A DNA stretch of 64,000 bases from an uncultured Actinomycetes bacterium (lineage in GTDB: Bacteria; Actinomycetota; Acidimicrobiia; Acidimicrobiales; AC-9): positions 188,222-252,221 of the forward strand of contig CAVSUO010000006.1 in the NCBI GenBank assembly GCA_963731255.1, given 5' to 3'. Below are positions 1-9,624 of this stretch, piece by piece (position 1 is the stretch's first letter; each line of letters starts with the position of its first letter). A program made the position numbers and the translations under genes. The notes under the pieces were generated by a model. It was not told the DNA's origin. It ran no database searches and saw only the letters and a list, made by a program, of their open reading frames with translations.

Positions 1-1
1 C

Positions 2-769
2 TACCCACAGGAGTCAGACGCCCAGTATCCGTACAACCCTGACGGCACCCGTGAGTTTCTCGAAGACAAGCCGTTCCTCGAGCCCTTCTCCCTCATCCCC
101 GCCATGGGGGCGGTGACCGAGCGGCTTCGCTTCGTCACCTTCGTACTCAAGCTTCCGATCCGGCACCCGGTGCTGGTGGCGAAGCAGGTGACGAGCACTG
201 CCGTCCTCACCGACAACCGTCTGCTCTTGGGCGTCGGCACCAGCCCGTGGCCCGAGGACTATGCGGTGTGTGACGTCCCATGGCGGGGACGGGGCCGGCG
301 CATGGACGAGCAGCTCGACATCATCAAGGGCCTGGCTGCAGGTGGTTTTTTCGAGTACCACGGCCATGTGTTCGACGTGCCGCCGATCAAGATGGCGCCA
401 GTGCCGACCCGGCCGGTGCCGATCCTGATCGGGGGCCACCATGAGGCGGCGCTACGGCGGGCGGCGACCGTAGGCGACGGCTGGCTGCACGGCGGCGGCG
501 ACCCGGCCGACCTGCCTGGCCTGCTGGCCCGGCTCGACCAGCTGCGCCACGAGCACGGCACCGCAGAGCGGCCCTTCGAGGTCCACGTAATCTCCCTCGA
601 CGCCTTCAGCATCGACGGCGTGCGCCGCCTCGAGGAGCAGGGCGTGACCGACGTGATCGTCGGTTTCCGTTGGCCGTACCAGACCGAGCACGATACGGAG
701 TCGCTGGGGACGAAGATGGACAACCTGCGCTGGTTCGCGGACAACGTGATCGCCAAGGAGCGGGGATGA
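2..769 (+). CDS. LLM-class (probable F420-dependent) oxidoreductase, 5'-truncated by window edge
   Basis: Frame is open from base 2 (YPQESDAQYPYNPDGTREFLEDKPFLEPFSLIPAM). Luciferase-like motifs LKLPIRHPVLVAKQ, PILIGGH..AALRRAA..GDGW. Confidence 0.85.
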   Translation, partial: YPQESDAQYPYNPDGTREFLEDKPFLEPFSLIPAMGAVTERLRFVTFVLKLPIRHPVLVAKQVTSTAVLTDNRLLLGVGTSPWPEDYAVCDVPWRGRGRRMDEQLDIIKGLAAGGFFEYHGHVFDVPPIKMAPVPTRPVPILIGGHHEAALRRAATVGDGWLHGGGDPADLPGLLARLDQLRHEHGTAERPFEVHVISLDAFSIDGVRRLEEQGVTDVIVGFRWPYQTEHDTESLGTKMDNLRWFADNVIAKERG

Positions 770-1149
770 CCCAGGGGATGGTCCACAAGTAAGAAACTGG
801 ACTAGCGATACCTTCACCTTGAGAGGGTGACCGGGCGGTCCAGCACATAGCGGCACGTACATTGGGCAGCTCAGGTTCGGTCCGCCGTCCGGTGAGTTCT
901 TCCCGAGCGCTCAGCTGGCCTGCGTAGGCTGTAAATCGGCTGTAAGACGGATCGGCAAGCCGCAAGTCGGAGGGCACTGACAACGGCCCCAATAGGCGAG
1001 GCGCCGAGCGACTCGGCCCCAGCACCGCGGACCAGAGCGGCGGCCGTAGGCCTGATTGCGTTGGCTCGTCGTGGGCTGACGACGAGTCCCGACGGGCCAG
1101 GATGGTCCGCTACCCACTCCGGTCGAATGGCCGGCAGTAGCCTGAGGCG

Positions 1150-1509
1150 ATGGACCTGGCGACGCCACCGGTGACCGGCCACGCGGCTCCCCAGAGGGGT
1201 CGCCCGCCAGCGGGCTTTGCCTGTCCGGCGACAGGATGGTTCGTGCTCCTAGACGGCGGCATCGCCATCCTCGCCCTGCTGGCCTCGAGTAATCAGGTCT
1301 ACGACGCCGTCCGCAAACAGGTTCCCCTGCCCTCCCGGCCGGGGTTGCGGGCGATGCTCGCCGGTACCGCCGTCATACACGCTCTGGAGGCGCGCCATGC
1401 AGCTCGCACTGCCCGGCGCTACGGGTTGCCACCGGGCCGTTGGGCGGCGCAGACCTGCGTCGTCGGTTTCCCGTCCCTCGTCGAGCTCCGGCGCCTGACC
1501 AAGACTTAG
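1150..1509 (+). CDS. small membrane protein (DUF4499/TMEM254-like)
   Basis: Hydrophobic segments with H-x-x-E-A and W..QT..VGFPSL pattern; start uncertain. Confidence 0.5.
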   Translation: MDLATPPVTGHAAPQRGRPPAGFACPATGWFVLLDGGIAILALLASSNQVYDAVRKQVPLPSRPGLRAMLAGTAVIHALEARHAARTARRYGLPPGRWAAQTCVVGFPSLVELRRLTKT

Positions 1510-1924
1510 AAACGCCAACGCTGGCGTGCCGTCGACCGGCAGCGGGTCGACGGACAGGCTCGACGGCAGAATGCCAACTCGCCCCGAGGGCGGGCAGTTT
1601 GACATCTATCTCTGGATCCATACCTACGATCTATCTCATCGCCGCTTCGACGATGGCAATGTCCTGCTCCGTCGATCCGCCGCCGTACAGGCTGTCGAGG
1701 ACCGAACGACTGCTCGCTGACACCGCCTTTGGCACACGTGACCTCCGGACTGGAGCGAGCCAGAGGGTATGGCGTTCGCTGTTCTCCGGACGGTCGTACC
1801 GGGCGTAAGGCCTTGAGCACGCCGTGGAAGTGGTAGACGAGCTTCTCCATGCGCACCCCAGAACGCCCAAAAGGGATGATTGCCTCACCGTAACCCTCAA
1901 AAGACCTCGCTGGCCAGGGACGTT

Positions 1925-1968
1925 GCCGTTACGGCGTTTGTACGGTACGGTGGTTGTACGGAAGGAGG
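1925..1968 (+). promoter_or_regulatory. putative operator/promoter and RBS of the TA operon
   Basis: Palindrome GCCGTTACGGC (1925-1935), direct repeats TTGTACGG (1938-1945, 1954-1961), GGAGG at 1964-1968. Confidence 0.45.
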
Positions 1969-1972
1969 CTCA

Positions 1973-2248
1973 ATGAGCACGAGGGTCGATCGCATCGAAG
2001 CTCGGGTGGCCCCCGAACGGGCCGAGCGCATCCGCCAGGCCGCGGAGCTTGCGCACCAGTCGGTGAGCTCGTTTGTCATCGACGCTGCCGAGGAGAGGGC
2101 CGAGCGCGTCATGCTCGAGCATGGCGAGACAACCGTCCCATCGAACTTCTTCGACGATTTGCTAGCGGCGTTGGACGAGCCTACGACCGCCGTCCCCGCA
2201 TTGGAGAAGGCCGGCGAACGGGCTCGGAAGCTCGTGACCCCCCGCTGA
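1973..2248 (+). CDS. DUF1778 ribbon-helix-helix antitoxin (TacA/AtaR-like)
   Basis: RIEARV...IRQAAEL..SVSSFVIDAA..RAERV...FDDLLAALDEP; SD GGAGG; directly upstream of a GNAT. Confidence 0.88.
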   Translation: MSTRVDRIEARVAPERAERIRQAAELAHQSVSSFVIDAAEERAERVMLEHGETTVPSNFFDDLLAALDEPTTAVPALEKAGERARKLVTPR

Positions 2249-2255
2249 GCTACGG

Positions 2256-2765
2256 GTGTTCTTCCGGGAGCGCTTGCGCTCCGATCACGTCCTCGTTCGC
2301 TTTGCTTGCGGAAAAGAGGTCCTCGATCGTTGGCTGAGGGAGTCGGCCCTCCATGCCGACCGGTCGGGGACGGGGAGGACGTATGTGTGGGTGGATGACG
2401 GAGGTGAGGTAGTTGCTTATTTCACCCTGACGCCCCATCTCATCCGCCGATCGGAGTTGCCGCGATCCGTTGGTCGGGGTGCTCCCAATGTAATTCCAGC
2501 CATTCTCCTGGCCCGCCTCGCCCTCGCAGAGAGCCTCCAGGGGACACCTGAGCGCAACGGAGGAGCGCTCCTTGCGGACGCTATGAGCGTGGCCGTCGAG
2601 GCCATCGCAAAGGCGGGAGGCCGAATAATCGTGGTCGACGCCATCGACGACGCAGCTCGCTCGTTCTACGGTCACCACGGGTTCATCCAAGTGCCGGAAA
2701 ACAATCGCCGGCTGGTGATGAAGGCGAGTGACGCGGCCCGATCGCTCGGGATCGCGTGGCCATAG
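2256..2765 (+). CDS. GNAT acetyltransferase toxin (TacT/AtaT-like)
   Basis: FACG..LDRWL, PAILLARLA, GGRIIVVDAIDD.ARSFY.HHGF are typical of tRNA-acetylating toxins. Confidence 0.88.
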   Translation: MFFRERLRSDHVLVRFACGKEVLDRWLRESALHADRSGTGRTYVWVDDGGEVVAYFTLTPHLIRRSELPRSVGRGAPNVIPAILLARLALAESLQGTPERNGGALLADAMSVAVEAIAKAGGRIIVVDAIDDAARSFYGHHGFIQVPENNRRLVMKASDAARSLGIAWP

Positions 2766-2802
2766 CGGCGTGGACCCGTTTCCGGAACTGACGAATCGTC
2801 GC

Positions 2803-3140
2803 TCAGACCTCGGGTCCCTCTTCATCCGGTGGATTCACGTCGTTGGACTCTGTGAAGGTCAGTACTCCGTCTCCCGTTTCGACTAGCTCCGTCAGCGCAG
2901 GCAGAGCCTGCGAAGAAAGCACGTTCATCGCCGGGTCATCGTCGGAAGACGCTGGCACCTCCGAGTCTTCAGGCATCCCCAGCTCGTCACGAACAGCTGT
3001 AGCGATAGCGGAGGCGACCTCGCTCAAATCTATAGAGCGCAGTGCTTCCCTGCCGCGACCGTTCCCACCTAAGGCGTAGGACTTCCTCCTGGGCAGCTTC
3101 CGCCTCGTGCTTTGCCTTGGTCCCTTCCCACCAAGACTTT
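2803..3140 (-). pseudogene. C-terminal remnant of a hypothetical gene
   Basis: Protein-like text continues upstream of ORF 2803-3027 across frame changes (SWWEGTKAKHEAEAAQEEVLRLRWERSRQ / EALRSIDLSEVASAIA); no clear start. Confidence 0.3.
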
Positions 3141-3169
3141 CACGGCGTCGAAACCTAGGCGACCTGTCC

Positions 3170-3367
3170 TCACCTGCCGCCGTGAGCCTGGCCAGGGTTG
3201 GTCGCCCACGCGAAGGCCTCGGCCAGGTCGAGGATCTCCCTGGCGCCGACCACCTGTTCGCCCTGGGTCAGCAGCTGCTCGAGGATCGCCCGTCTGACCT
3301 TCGCCTCCAGCACGTGCGACCCGACGGCCAGTTCGCGGACCTGCTCTGCGGTGTCGTCATCAAGCAC
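3170..3367 (-). CDS. small hypothetical protein
   Basis: 65-aa helical ORF with GC-type codon usage, overlapping the STAS stop; GGAG upstream. Confidence 0.55.
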   Translation of the reverse strand: MLDDDTAEQVRELAVGSHVLEAKVRRAILEQLLTQGEQVVGAREILDLAEAFAWATNPGQAHGGR

Positions 3368-3722
3368 GATCTCCGCTCCCTACTGCCGATTCCGGACCGG
3401 GGGCTGACGCTACGGTCACAACCTTGTCGAGCTGGATGCATTCGATGACTCTGGAGACGGCTCCACTCGGTGCCTCGAGGAACAGATCGCCGCCCAGTTC
3501 GCGCTGGTGTTCGCAAGCCGCGACCAGCGGAGCAAGGCCGGCGCAATCCATGAACTCGGTGTCGCTCAGGTCGACCAGGATCACTCGACCGGGCTCAGCC
3601 AGATCGGTTAGCGCCTCTGACAGTCGGGGGGCGGTGGCGAGGTCGAGCTCCCCAACCACGACCACGACGGCGAGGCCGTCGTGCACCGAGGTCTTCAGAT
3701 CGAAGGGCGTCGGAAATTCCAA
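3360..3722 (-). CDS. STAS-domain anti-sigma factor antagonist
   Basis: VVVVGELDLATAPRL...VDLSDTEFMDCAGL; Cys occupies the usual phospho-Ser position (FMDS). Confidence 0.9.
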   Translation of the reverse strand: MEFPTPFDLKTSVHDGLAVVVVVGELDLATAPRLSEALTDLAEPGRVILVDLSDTEFMDCAGLAPLVAACEHQRELGGDLFLEAPSGAVSRVIECIQLDKVVTVASAPGPESAVGSGDRA

Positions 3723-3809
3723 GCCATCCTCCCCGGGTGCGATTCCGCCCGGACATCTGGTCGACTTCAGTGTACTACTGCTCTGTCCGCTACCGTACAG
3801 AGCAGCGCC

Positions 3810-4526
3810 TCAGACGAGCCGGTCGAACACCTCTCTCAGGACCCCATAGCACCCACAGGACGCGCTCTCGAGACCGCGGCGATCGGTGATGGTGATCCGG
3901 CCCCGGTGGAACCGGATGAAGCCGGCCTGCTGGAGGATGCCGGCCACCACCGTTACCGAGGGCCGGCGCACGCCCAGTATCTGGGCCAGGAACTCCTGGG
4001 TGAGGGGGAACTCGTCTGAGCCGACCCGGTCCTGGGTGAGCAGCGTCCAGCGGGCGCAGCGCTCCTCGATCGTGTGCAGGCCGTTGCAGGCCACCTGCTG
4101 GCTGATCTGGGTGACGAAGGCCTGGGTGTAGCGGTGGACGAGCCAGGTGAGCTCTCTCCCTTCGGCCACTTTGGCGGCAAAAGTCTCTGTGTCCATCACC
4201 AGGGCCTCGCCGGGCACCGAGACCTGGACGAACTCACGCGGGTTGAAGGTGTTGATCCCCCAGGAGACAGACAGGCCGACCAGTCCCTCGTTGCCCACTG
4301 TGGCGATCTCGACCCCTGAGATGTTCTCCACCAGGTTGAGCAGCGACGCCACCGCCGTGAGCGGGAAGTAGACGCTGTAGATGCGTGTGCCGGGCTCGAT
4401 CAGCTGCTCCTTCAGCTCCAGGCGCACCTGCTCGAGATGCGGAGCCAGGTCGGCCTTCTTGGCGGGCGACAGGGAGTCGAGGAGGCGGTTGCCATGGGGG
4501 ATGGTGGCAACTTCAGCCGACGGCAT
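3810..4526 (-). CDS. Crp/Fnr-family transcriptional regulator
   Basis: NRLLDSL, VYFP, VGNEGLVG; HTH LTQEFLAQILGVRRPSVT; C-terminal SCGCY. Confidence 0.92.
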   Translation of the reverse strand: MPSAEVATIPHGNRLLDSLSPAKKADLAPHLEQVRLELKEQLIEPGTRIYSVYFPLTAVASLLNLVENISGVEIATVGNEGLVGLSVSWGINTFNPREFVQVSVPGEALVMDTETFAAKVAEGRELTWLVHRYTQAFVTQISQQVACNGLHTIEERCARWTLLTQDRVGSDEFPLTQEFLAQILGVRRPSVTVVAGILQQAGFIRFHRGRITITDRRGLESASCGCYGVLREVFDRLV

Positions 4527-5269
4527 CGGCGGCCATCTCGACTGGGTGCGCGGGGAGCTGACTTGGGCGGGCGACGACCTTGGGCCGCGCTCCTAGCTCT
4601 GTCCGCCCCAGCTGCGCGAGACCCGGCTCCCTCGTTGGCACTGCGATGCTTCGCCCCTCAGCGCACTATTGCACGATGAACTAAATGACAGTAGCCCTGA
4701 TAAACGACGACACCCACTTCTGGATCACCGCCCGAGGCCGTGGCCGAGGTCGCGCCCGATGCCATGGTCGTGGTTGTAGTCCAAGCCGCCGCGAGGACGT
4801 AAGAATGATCTCTCGGCCTGACCTCTGGCCACTGACCGTCGCTCGATCCCATCCACGTCATCCCTGAGAGCGTGGTTGTCCGACGCAACGAGCATTCGGG
4901 CTGCGCCGTTTCGGGTCTCCGAGACTCGGCCAAGAGGACCCGGGCGCTCCAGCGCTCCCAATAGGTGCTCACCGGTGGCGACTGCCGAGCACTGACTGCC
5001 TAGCCAACCGGGGAGCCTCGGAAAAGGACGAACGGGAAACCCTGGCCCCTCGCCAGGTAATCCAGGGTCTCCGTCCGTCTCGATACCACGAGGGGGAGCC
5101 CGTCGCGGTTCACTCTCTACGGTAGGCATGGTGAGCCGCGATGAGAAGGGGACGAGGGGTCACCTGTTGGGGTGGAATCCGCGAGCGATCCTCACCACAC
5201 CCATCGCACCTGGCTCCAAATGACTGCTGGGCGTGATGACCGGTTAGCCGTGGCCATAGGCTCGATTGG

Positions 5270-5431
5270 TCACCAGGCGAACACCTCGGCCACATCACGG
5301 ATCTCCGCAGCGCCAGCCGCCTCTGACTGCTCGGCGTGGACCTGGTCGAGACTGGCCTGTCTGATCTTGGCCTCGAGCGAATGCAATTCAACCGCTCGTA
5401 CCCGAATCTGCTGTGCAGCTTCCTGGTCCAT
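5270..5431 (-). CDS. small hypothetical protein
   Basis: MDQEAAQQIRVRAVELHSLE...EVFAW, protein-like 53 aa with GGAG upstream. Confidence 0.4.
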   Translation of the reverse strand: MDQEAAQQIRVRAVELHSLEAKIRQASLDQVHAEQSEAAGAAEIRDVAEVFAW

Positions 5432-5722
5432 CTGCCTGCTCCGAGTACCCCGCCCCGTCGGTGCGATCAACTGCCCCCAGGGAGGGGAGGCCACCGGCCC
5501 CCGGGCATCATTACCCGGAGGAAAACGGTTCCGCGGCGGGCGGGAAGGACGGCGCGGGGTCCGGCCTCCGAGTCTTCCGAGGTCCGTCCGGCGACGCTCC
5601 CTGACCACGAATGAGGGGGGACAGATCCGCGGTCGCGCCCAACCTACGGTGCAGCCGATCGGACAAGAAAGGGGGACGGGGTCAATCACCCACGGGGGAG
5701 GCTGGGCGCGCCGGTTCCGCTC

Positions 5723-6130
5723 GTGGGAACGAAGCCGGCGTCGGAACCGTGGGGGGCTATCTGCGGGCCAGCCCACACCCGCGGCGTCCTATCGCAAGTG
5801 TGCGCCTCGGTTTGGCGCCTGTCGAGCCCCCCGGACGACCTGCCCCCGTACGACTCGGATGGGAAACAGCTGTTCGTGCCGGGCTCGCCTCCCCGCGAAG
5901 AGACCGAGCAGCTGCGTCGGTCCATCGCCATGCTCCAACCAGGCTCACTGGCCATGACGCGAGAGGACGCCCCGCGGCTGCTCCGCGAGCTAGGCGAGGT
6001 GCAGGGTCGCCTCGATCGGCTCAGTGACGGCCTCCGGGCTTTGCTCGCTCACGAGGACACCAAGGCCGAGCACGCTCCGCCCGGCGGAGAACGGAGCCGC
6101 ACCAGCCCCTCCCCCGTGCAAGAGAGCTAG
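5723..6130 (+). CDS. hypothetical coiled-coil protein
   Basis: EQLRRSIAMLQPG..REDA.RLLRELGEVQ.RL; real start probably ~5798. Confidence 0.55.
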   Translation: MGTKPASEPWGAICGPAHTRGVLSQVCASVWRLSSPPDDLPPYDSDGKQLFVPGSPPREETEQLRRSIAMLQPGSLAMTREDAPRLLRELGEVQGRLDRLSDGLRALLAHEDTKAEHAPPGGERSRTSPSPVQES

Positions 6131-6296
6131 CATCCTCCCTGCTCAGGTGGGCCGACGCCGGATCACGATGTGGCGGGCCCGCCGCCCGGCGTCGACCCAC
6201 CTCAAGGGGCGCTCGGGGCGCCCGGCCAGTGGCGGGGCCGTCAAGGTAGAAGACATCGAACCAAGGGACCGGGATCTCTGCCCTAGCGGTGGGGCG

Positions 6297-6536
6297 TCAG
6301 TACCACCACAAGCCGGTCTTCTTGGGGCGTTGCGCACTGACGTCGTTCACGGAGAACTCGGTGGGCAGCACGCTGCCGTCCGAGAGCCGGCGAACCCGGT
6401 AGGTGTCTCCAACGATCTCGGCGACCTCGAACCCGCGACTCCAGGTGCCTATGTACCGACTCCGAACGTCGACCGGTGTACCGGCGGCTAGTAGCTCCTC
6501 CTCGGACGACTTCCGGGATGTGACCGTCTCGTCCAT
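6297..6536 (-). CDS. small SH3/Tudor-like hypothetical protein
   Basis: GTPVDVRSRYIGTWSRGFEVAE..YRVRRLSDGSVLP all-beta pattern; SD GGAAGGA. Confidence 0.65.
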   Translation of the reverse strand: MDETVTSRKSSEEELLAAGTPVDVRSRYIGTWSRGFEVAEIVGDTYRVRRLSDGSVLPTEFSVNDVSAQRPKKTGLWWY

Positions 6537-6902
6537 CACCTGTCCTTCCCTGCGGTGATGCCCGGCCGTCGCCCCCAGCAAGATTCCCCTCGCCGCCGGC
6601 CCGCACCTGACGGGCCGTCAACGACCTTTCGTGGTGCCGCTAGTACTGCGATCCTTGTCGGTCGCCGAGAGAACCACAAGGTCTAATTTGGCCTGCACAC
6701 ATTTGATTGGGGCGAGCCGGTCATCGGCCAGCGACGCACGAGCGCATCAACGGCGCTCACAGTCCGCGATCAGCTCAACCAGGGTGGCTAAGTCGACCGC
6801 CACCGAACCAGCCACCAGAATGGGACCGCGTCCCTCCGTCCCTGCGGTAAGGGGCAATGGGTCCCTATTCCGCCTGGCGCCTAACTAGTCGGCGCGCCAG
6901 CG

Positions 6903-7088
6903 TCAGTTTTCAACACCACGCTTGAGCAAGACGGCCACGTGCCCACCGCTGAGCAAGGTCATGCCGACGGCCTCCCAGCCCATGCGCCCCTCCTTGTTGA
7001 GCGCCTCCACCGCCGCTGACGCCCCCGGGACGTCGGTGGGCGGCTGAAACTCGGGAAGTGCAACGATCACATACTCCCATCGGGTCAT
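6903..7088 (-). CDS. DUF4177-like small protein
   Basis: MTRWEY...LNKEG..GWEAV...LLKR signature. Confidence 0.75.
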   Translation of the reverse strand: MTRWEYVIVALPEFQPPTDVPGASAAVEALNKEGRMGWEAVGMTLLSGGHVAVLLKRGVEN

Positions 7089-7185
7089 GGCCGGAAGTCC
7101 AGCACGAACTCAGGCGCTCCGCGGAACGGCTCGTAGCGAATCCGGCGGCAAAACGTGCGCTCGCTAGAGCACCTCTCGCGGCCGT

Positions 7186-7464
7186 TCAGTCAGTCCTGCG
7201 TGCGCCGCGACGCTGGCCGAGGACACCAAGCACGCTCAGCACGACCAGGGCCCCGAGCATGGTCCGAAGAAGAGGGGATATCGGGCGCTCGCTCAGGAGG
7301 CGGCTCAACGGGGGTGGGATCGGCGGAACGAACCACGCCGGAGCCGCCCACCTCAACTGGCGATCGGGAGGGCCGACCGATGGTGGGGGATGGGCCACCG
7401 AGCAGCCCACCGGAACGTCAGCGCCGGGCGAGCACCCGCGATCGGGCACAGCTGGCCGCCTCAC
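7186..7464 (-). CDS. possible Pro-rich membrane-anchored hypothetical protein
   Basis: C-terminal hydrophobic helix MLGALVVLSVLGVLG followed by basic residues. Confidence 0.3.
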   Translation of the reverse strand: MRRPAVPDRGCSPGADVPVGCSVAHPPPSVGPPDRQLRWAAPAWFVPPIPPPLSRLLSERPISPLLRTMLGALVVLSVLGVLGQRRGARRTD

Positions 7465-7928
7465 GAATGGAGGGCTCCTTGCTCGTCGGGCCGACCTCCG
7501 GCTGGTGTCGTTGTCCTGTCCACGTCCCCAACAGCCTCTTGGTTGACAAGCAGGTCGATTGAGGGCCTGTCGTCGAGAGTGATCCCATGCGAGATGAGAT
7601 CGACGAGCTTACGCTGCGGGGGGGCGGAACGTTCGTTCACCCCCAGCCTGTAGCTCAGCGTGTGTGCACCAGGCGTCGAGTACGAGTTGTGTTAGATCGC
7701 CGTCGAGCAGCTCGCTACTGACCTTCCGATCTGACGGATTGCTGCGGCGACCTTTCGAGCGTGCTGTCGTAATTCTTCGCACTCACGCTGCCGGCGTACG
7801 TCTGACTTGGTCGGCACCCATCCAGGGCCGACATCGGCGATGCTCTCGAAACCGTTCACGACCAGAAGCTACACCGATGAAGAGTGCGAAACGGCGTGCT
7901 GGTGAGCGCCACGCTCGGCGACGCGGAA

Positions 7929-8234
7929 TCAATCGCGAACGAGTTTCAGTGCAAGCCTGGGAACAATGAAGGATGCCAGAAAGATCGGCAAGAATCTCTT
8001 TCCGGTGCATCGGAAGGCGACGATCCCGTCCTCGGCGGCGTCGAAGGTCTCAGTGCTGCTCGACTCTCGGCCGTTGCGGATCTGCAGGGTATGGCGTCCA
8101 GGCTCGACTGGTAGCTTGATCGAGTCGTTCATTTCGACCGCCCCGACCCGCTCACCGTCGACCACGACATCGTACGGGCCACGACGGACCTCCGCTCCGA
8201 TTGCCTTATGCGTCAACTTCAGCGTTGCCGACAC
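7929..8234 (-). CDS. hypothetical beta-sandwich protein
   Basis: GTG at 8234 with SD GGAGGAG; YDVVVDGERVG...VEPGRHTLQI. Confidence 0.65.
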   Translation of the reverse strand: MSATLKLTHKAIGAEVRRGPYDVVVDGERVGAVEMNDSIKLPVEPGRHTLQIRNGRESSSTETFDAAEDGIVAFRCTGKRFLPIFLASFIVPRLALKLVRD

Positions 8235-8632
8235 TGTGTTGATCTCCTCCCTTTTCGAACTGCCGTTGTCTGGGTGCTCGGCGATGAACGCAATGTACCG
8301 GCGATCGGCATCGATGCCGACCGGTCCCGAGCTCCTCGCCGTCGAACACTTGCGACCCACGACGCGGTCACAGGTTGCCGTCCCGTACGGACTCAACGGC
8401 TAGGGAATGGGCCCTTCCTCGCGTCAGTTGAAGACCGCCGCCGCGCCGGCGTTCGTGACAAGTCCTTGATGGGATATTGGGATGGACTGTTCGCCTGTTC
8501 GGGGGCGGTGCCGACCGTGTCGATGAGCCGGCAACTCCGAGACCTCCGCTTGACTCGCTCCGACTGGCCCGTCAGCAGCGCCGACCAGAGGGTAGGCGCT
8601 GGCCGGGCTGGGCCAGATCCGGAGCCGAGGGG

Positions 8633-9457
8633 TCAACCAAACTCGTACCTGAGCACCTCGGACACAGCCCGATAGCCGATGGCCCTATAGATCGAGTTCG
8701 AGGTGGGATTGCCCAGATCGGTGTAGAGGATGCAGCGATCCCCGTTGGTGCGCAGCGTTGTGGATACGCCGGCCACCAACGCCGAACCGTAGCCGTGATT
8801 GCGTCTATCGGGCGGCGTGTACACCGGACCGATCCTCGCGACGCCAGCCACCGTTTCCGACAGTCCTGCAAACGAAACCGGTCCTCGATCATCCCAGACC
8901 CAGAGCTGGTCGGCGCTAAGGCGACGAGCGACGATCTGGGCAGCATCGCCAACAGCGTCACCGGTTTCGGTTTGGAAGGACTGGAGCCACGCTGCGAGCA
9001 AGTCGCGGTCGTGGATGGCCGCTGGCCGCAACTCCCCGCTCGTCGGCGTCGGCGCAATGACGCTGTCAACCTCGTAGATGCGTTGGCCCTGAACCGGGCG
9101 GGCCGGTGATCTCGTGCGTTCCGTCCAGTGACCCGCGAAACGAGCAACCGTTGAAGCCTCGCCGTTTACTCCCGGGAGATGGACACCTTCATCGACCACC
9201 GCGTCAGCGGCGGCAACGACGGCTTCGGACGGCATGGGTGTCATAGTGGCCAGGTAGTCAACCGGAGACTGAAAGACAACACCGGCGACCCGCCCACGGT
9301 CGTCAACGACCCAATACCGGCCGGGCTCGGGGTGGACGATGCGCGTGCGGAGCAACGTCAGGATGATGTTGTGACGGACAGGATCGCTCACCAGAAAGTC
9401 ACGCGCCTTCTCAAGCACGGACTCCGGAGCGTTTATCGCCGATACTCCCAGGGTCAT
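8633..9457 (-). CDS. GNAT family N-acetyltransferase (tandem-domain type)
   Basis: ARIGPVYTPPDRRNHGYG, LYTDLGNPTSNSIYRAIGY. Confidence 0.9.
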   Translation of the reverse strand: MTLGVSAINAPESVLEKARDFLVSDPVRHNIILTLLRTRIVHPEPGRYWVVDDRGRVAGVVFQSPVDYLATMTPMPSEAVVAAADAVVDEGVHLPGVNGEASTVARFAGHWTERTRSPARPVQGQRIYEVDSVIAPTPTSGELRPAAIHDRDLLAAWLQSFQTETGDAVGDAAQIVARRLSADQLWVWDDRGPVSFAGLSETVAGVARIGPVYTPPDRRNHGYGSALVAGVSTTLRTNGDRCILYTDLGNPTSNSIYRAIGYRAVSEVLRYEFG

Positions 9458-9624
9458 AGGAAATGCTGGCAAGCAGCACACACTGATGCGAGCGATTTTC
9501 CCTCGTGCGCTGGCTCATCTCTAGTCCAGCAACCGGCGATCGGGGTCACGGATCGATCGTGGATAAGGGACACCCAGTCAGTGGACAATGGGGCGCGCAG
9601 CTGAGCTGATGAGAGTCAGGTATT

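Noticed and set aside
4685-4867. Arg/Gly-rich 60-aa ORF as a RiPP precursor or leader peptide
   Set aside because: No RBS, no modifying enzymes nearby, and the composition fits random GC-rich sequence.
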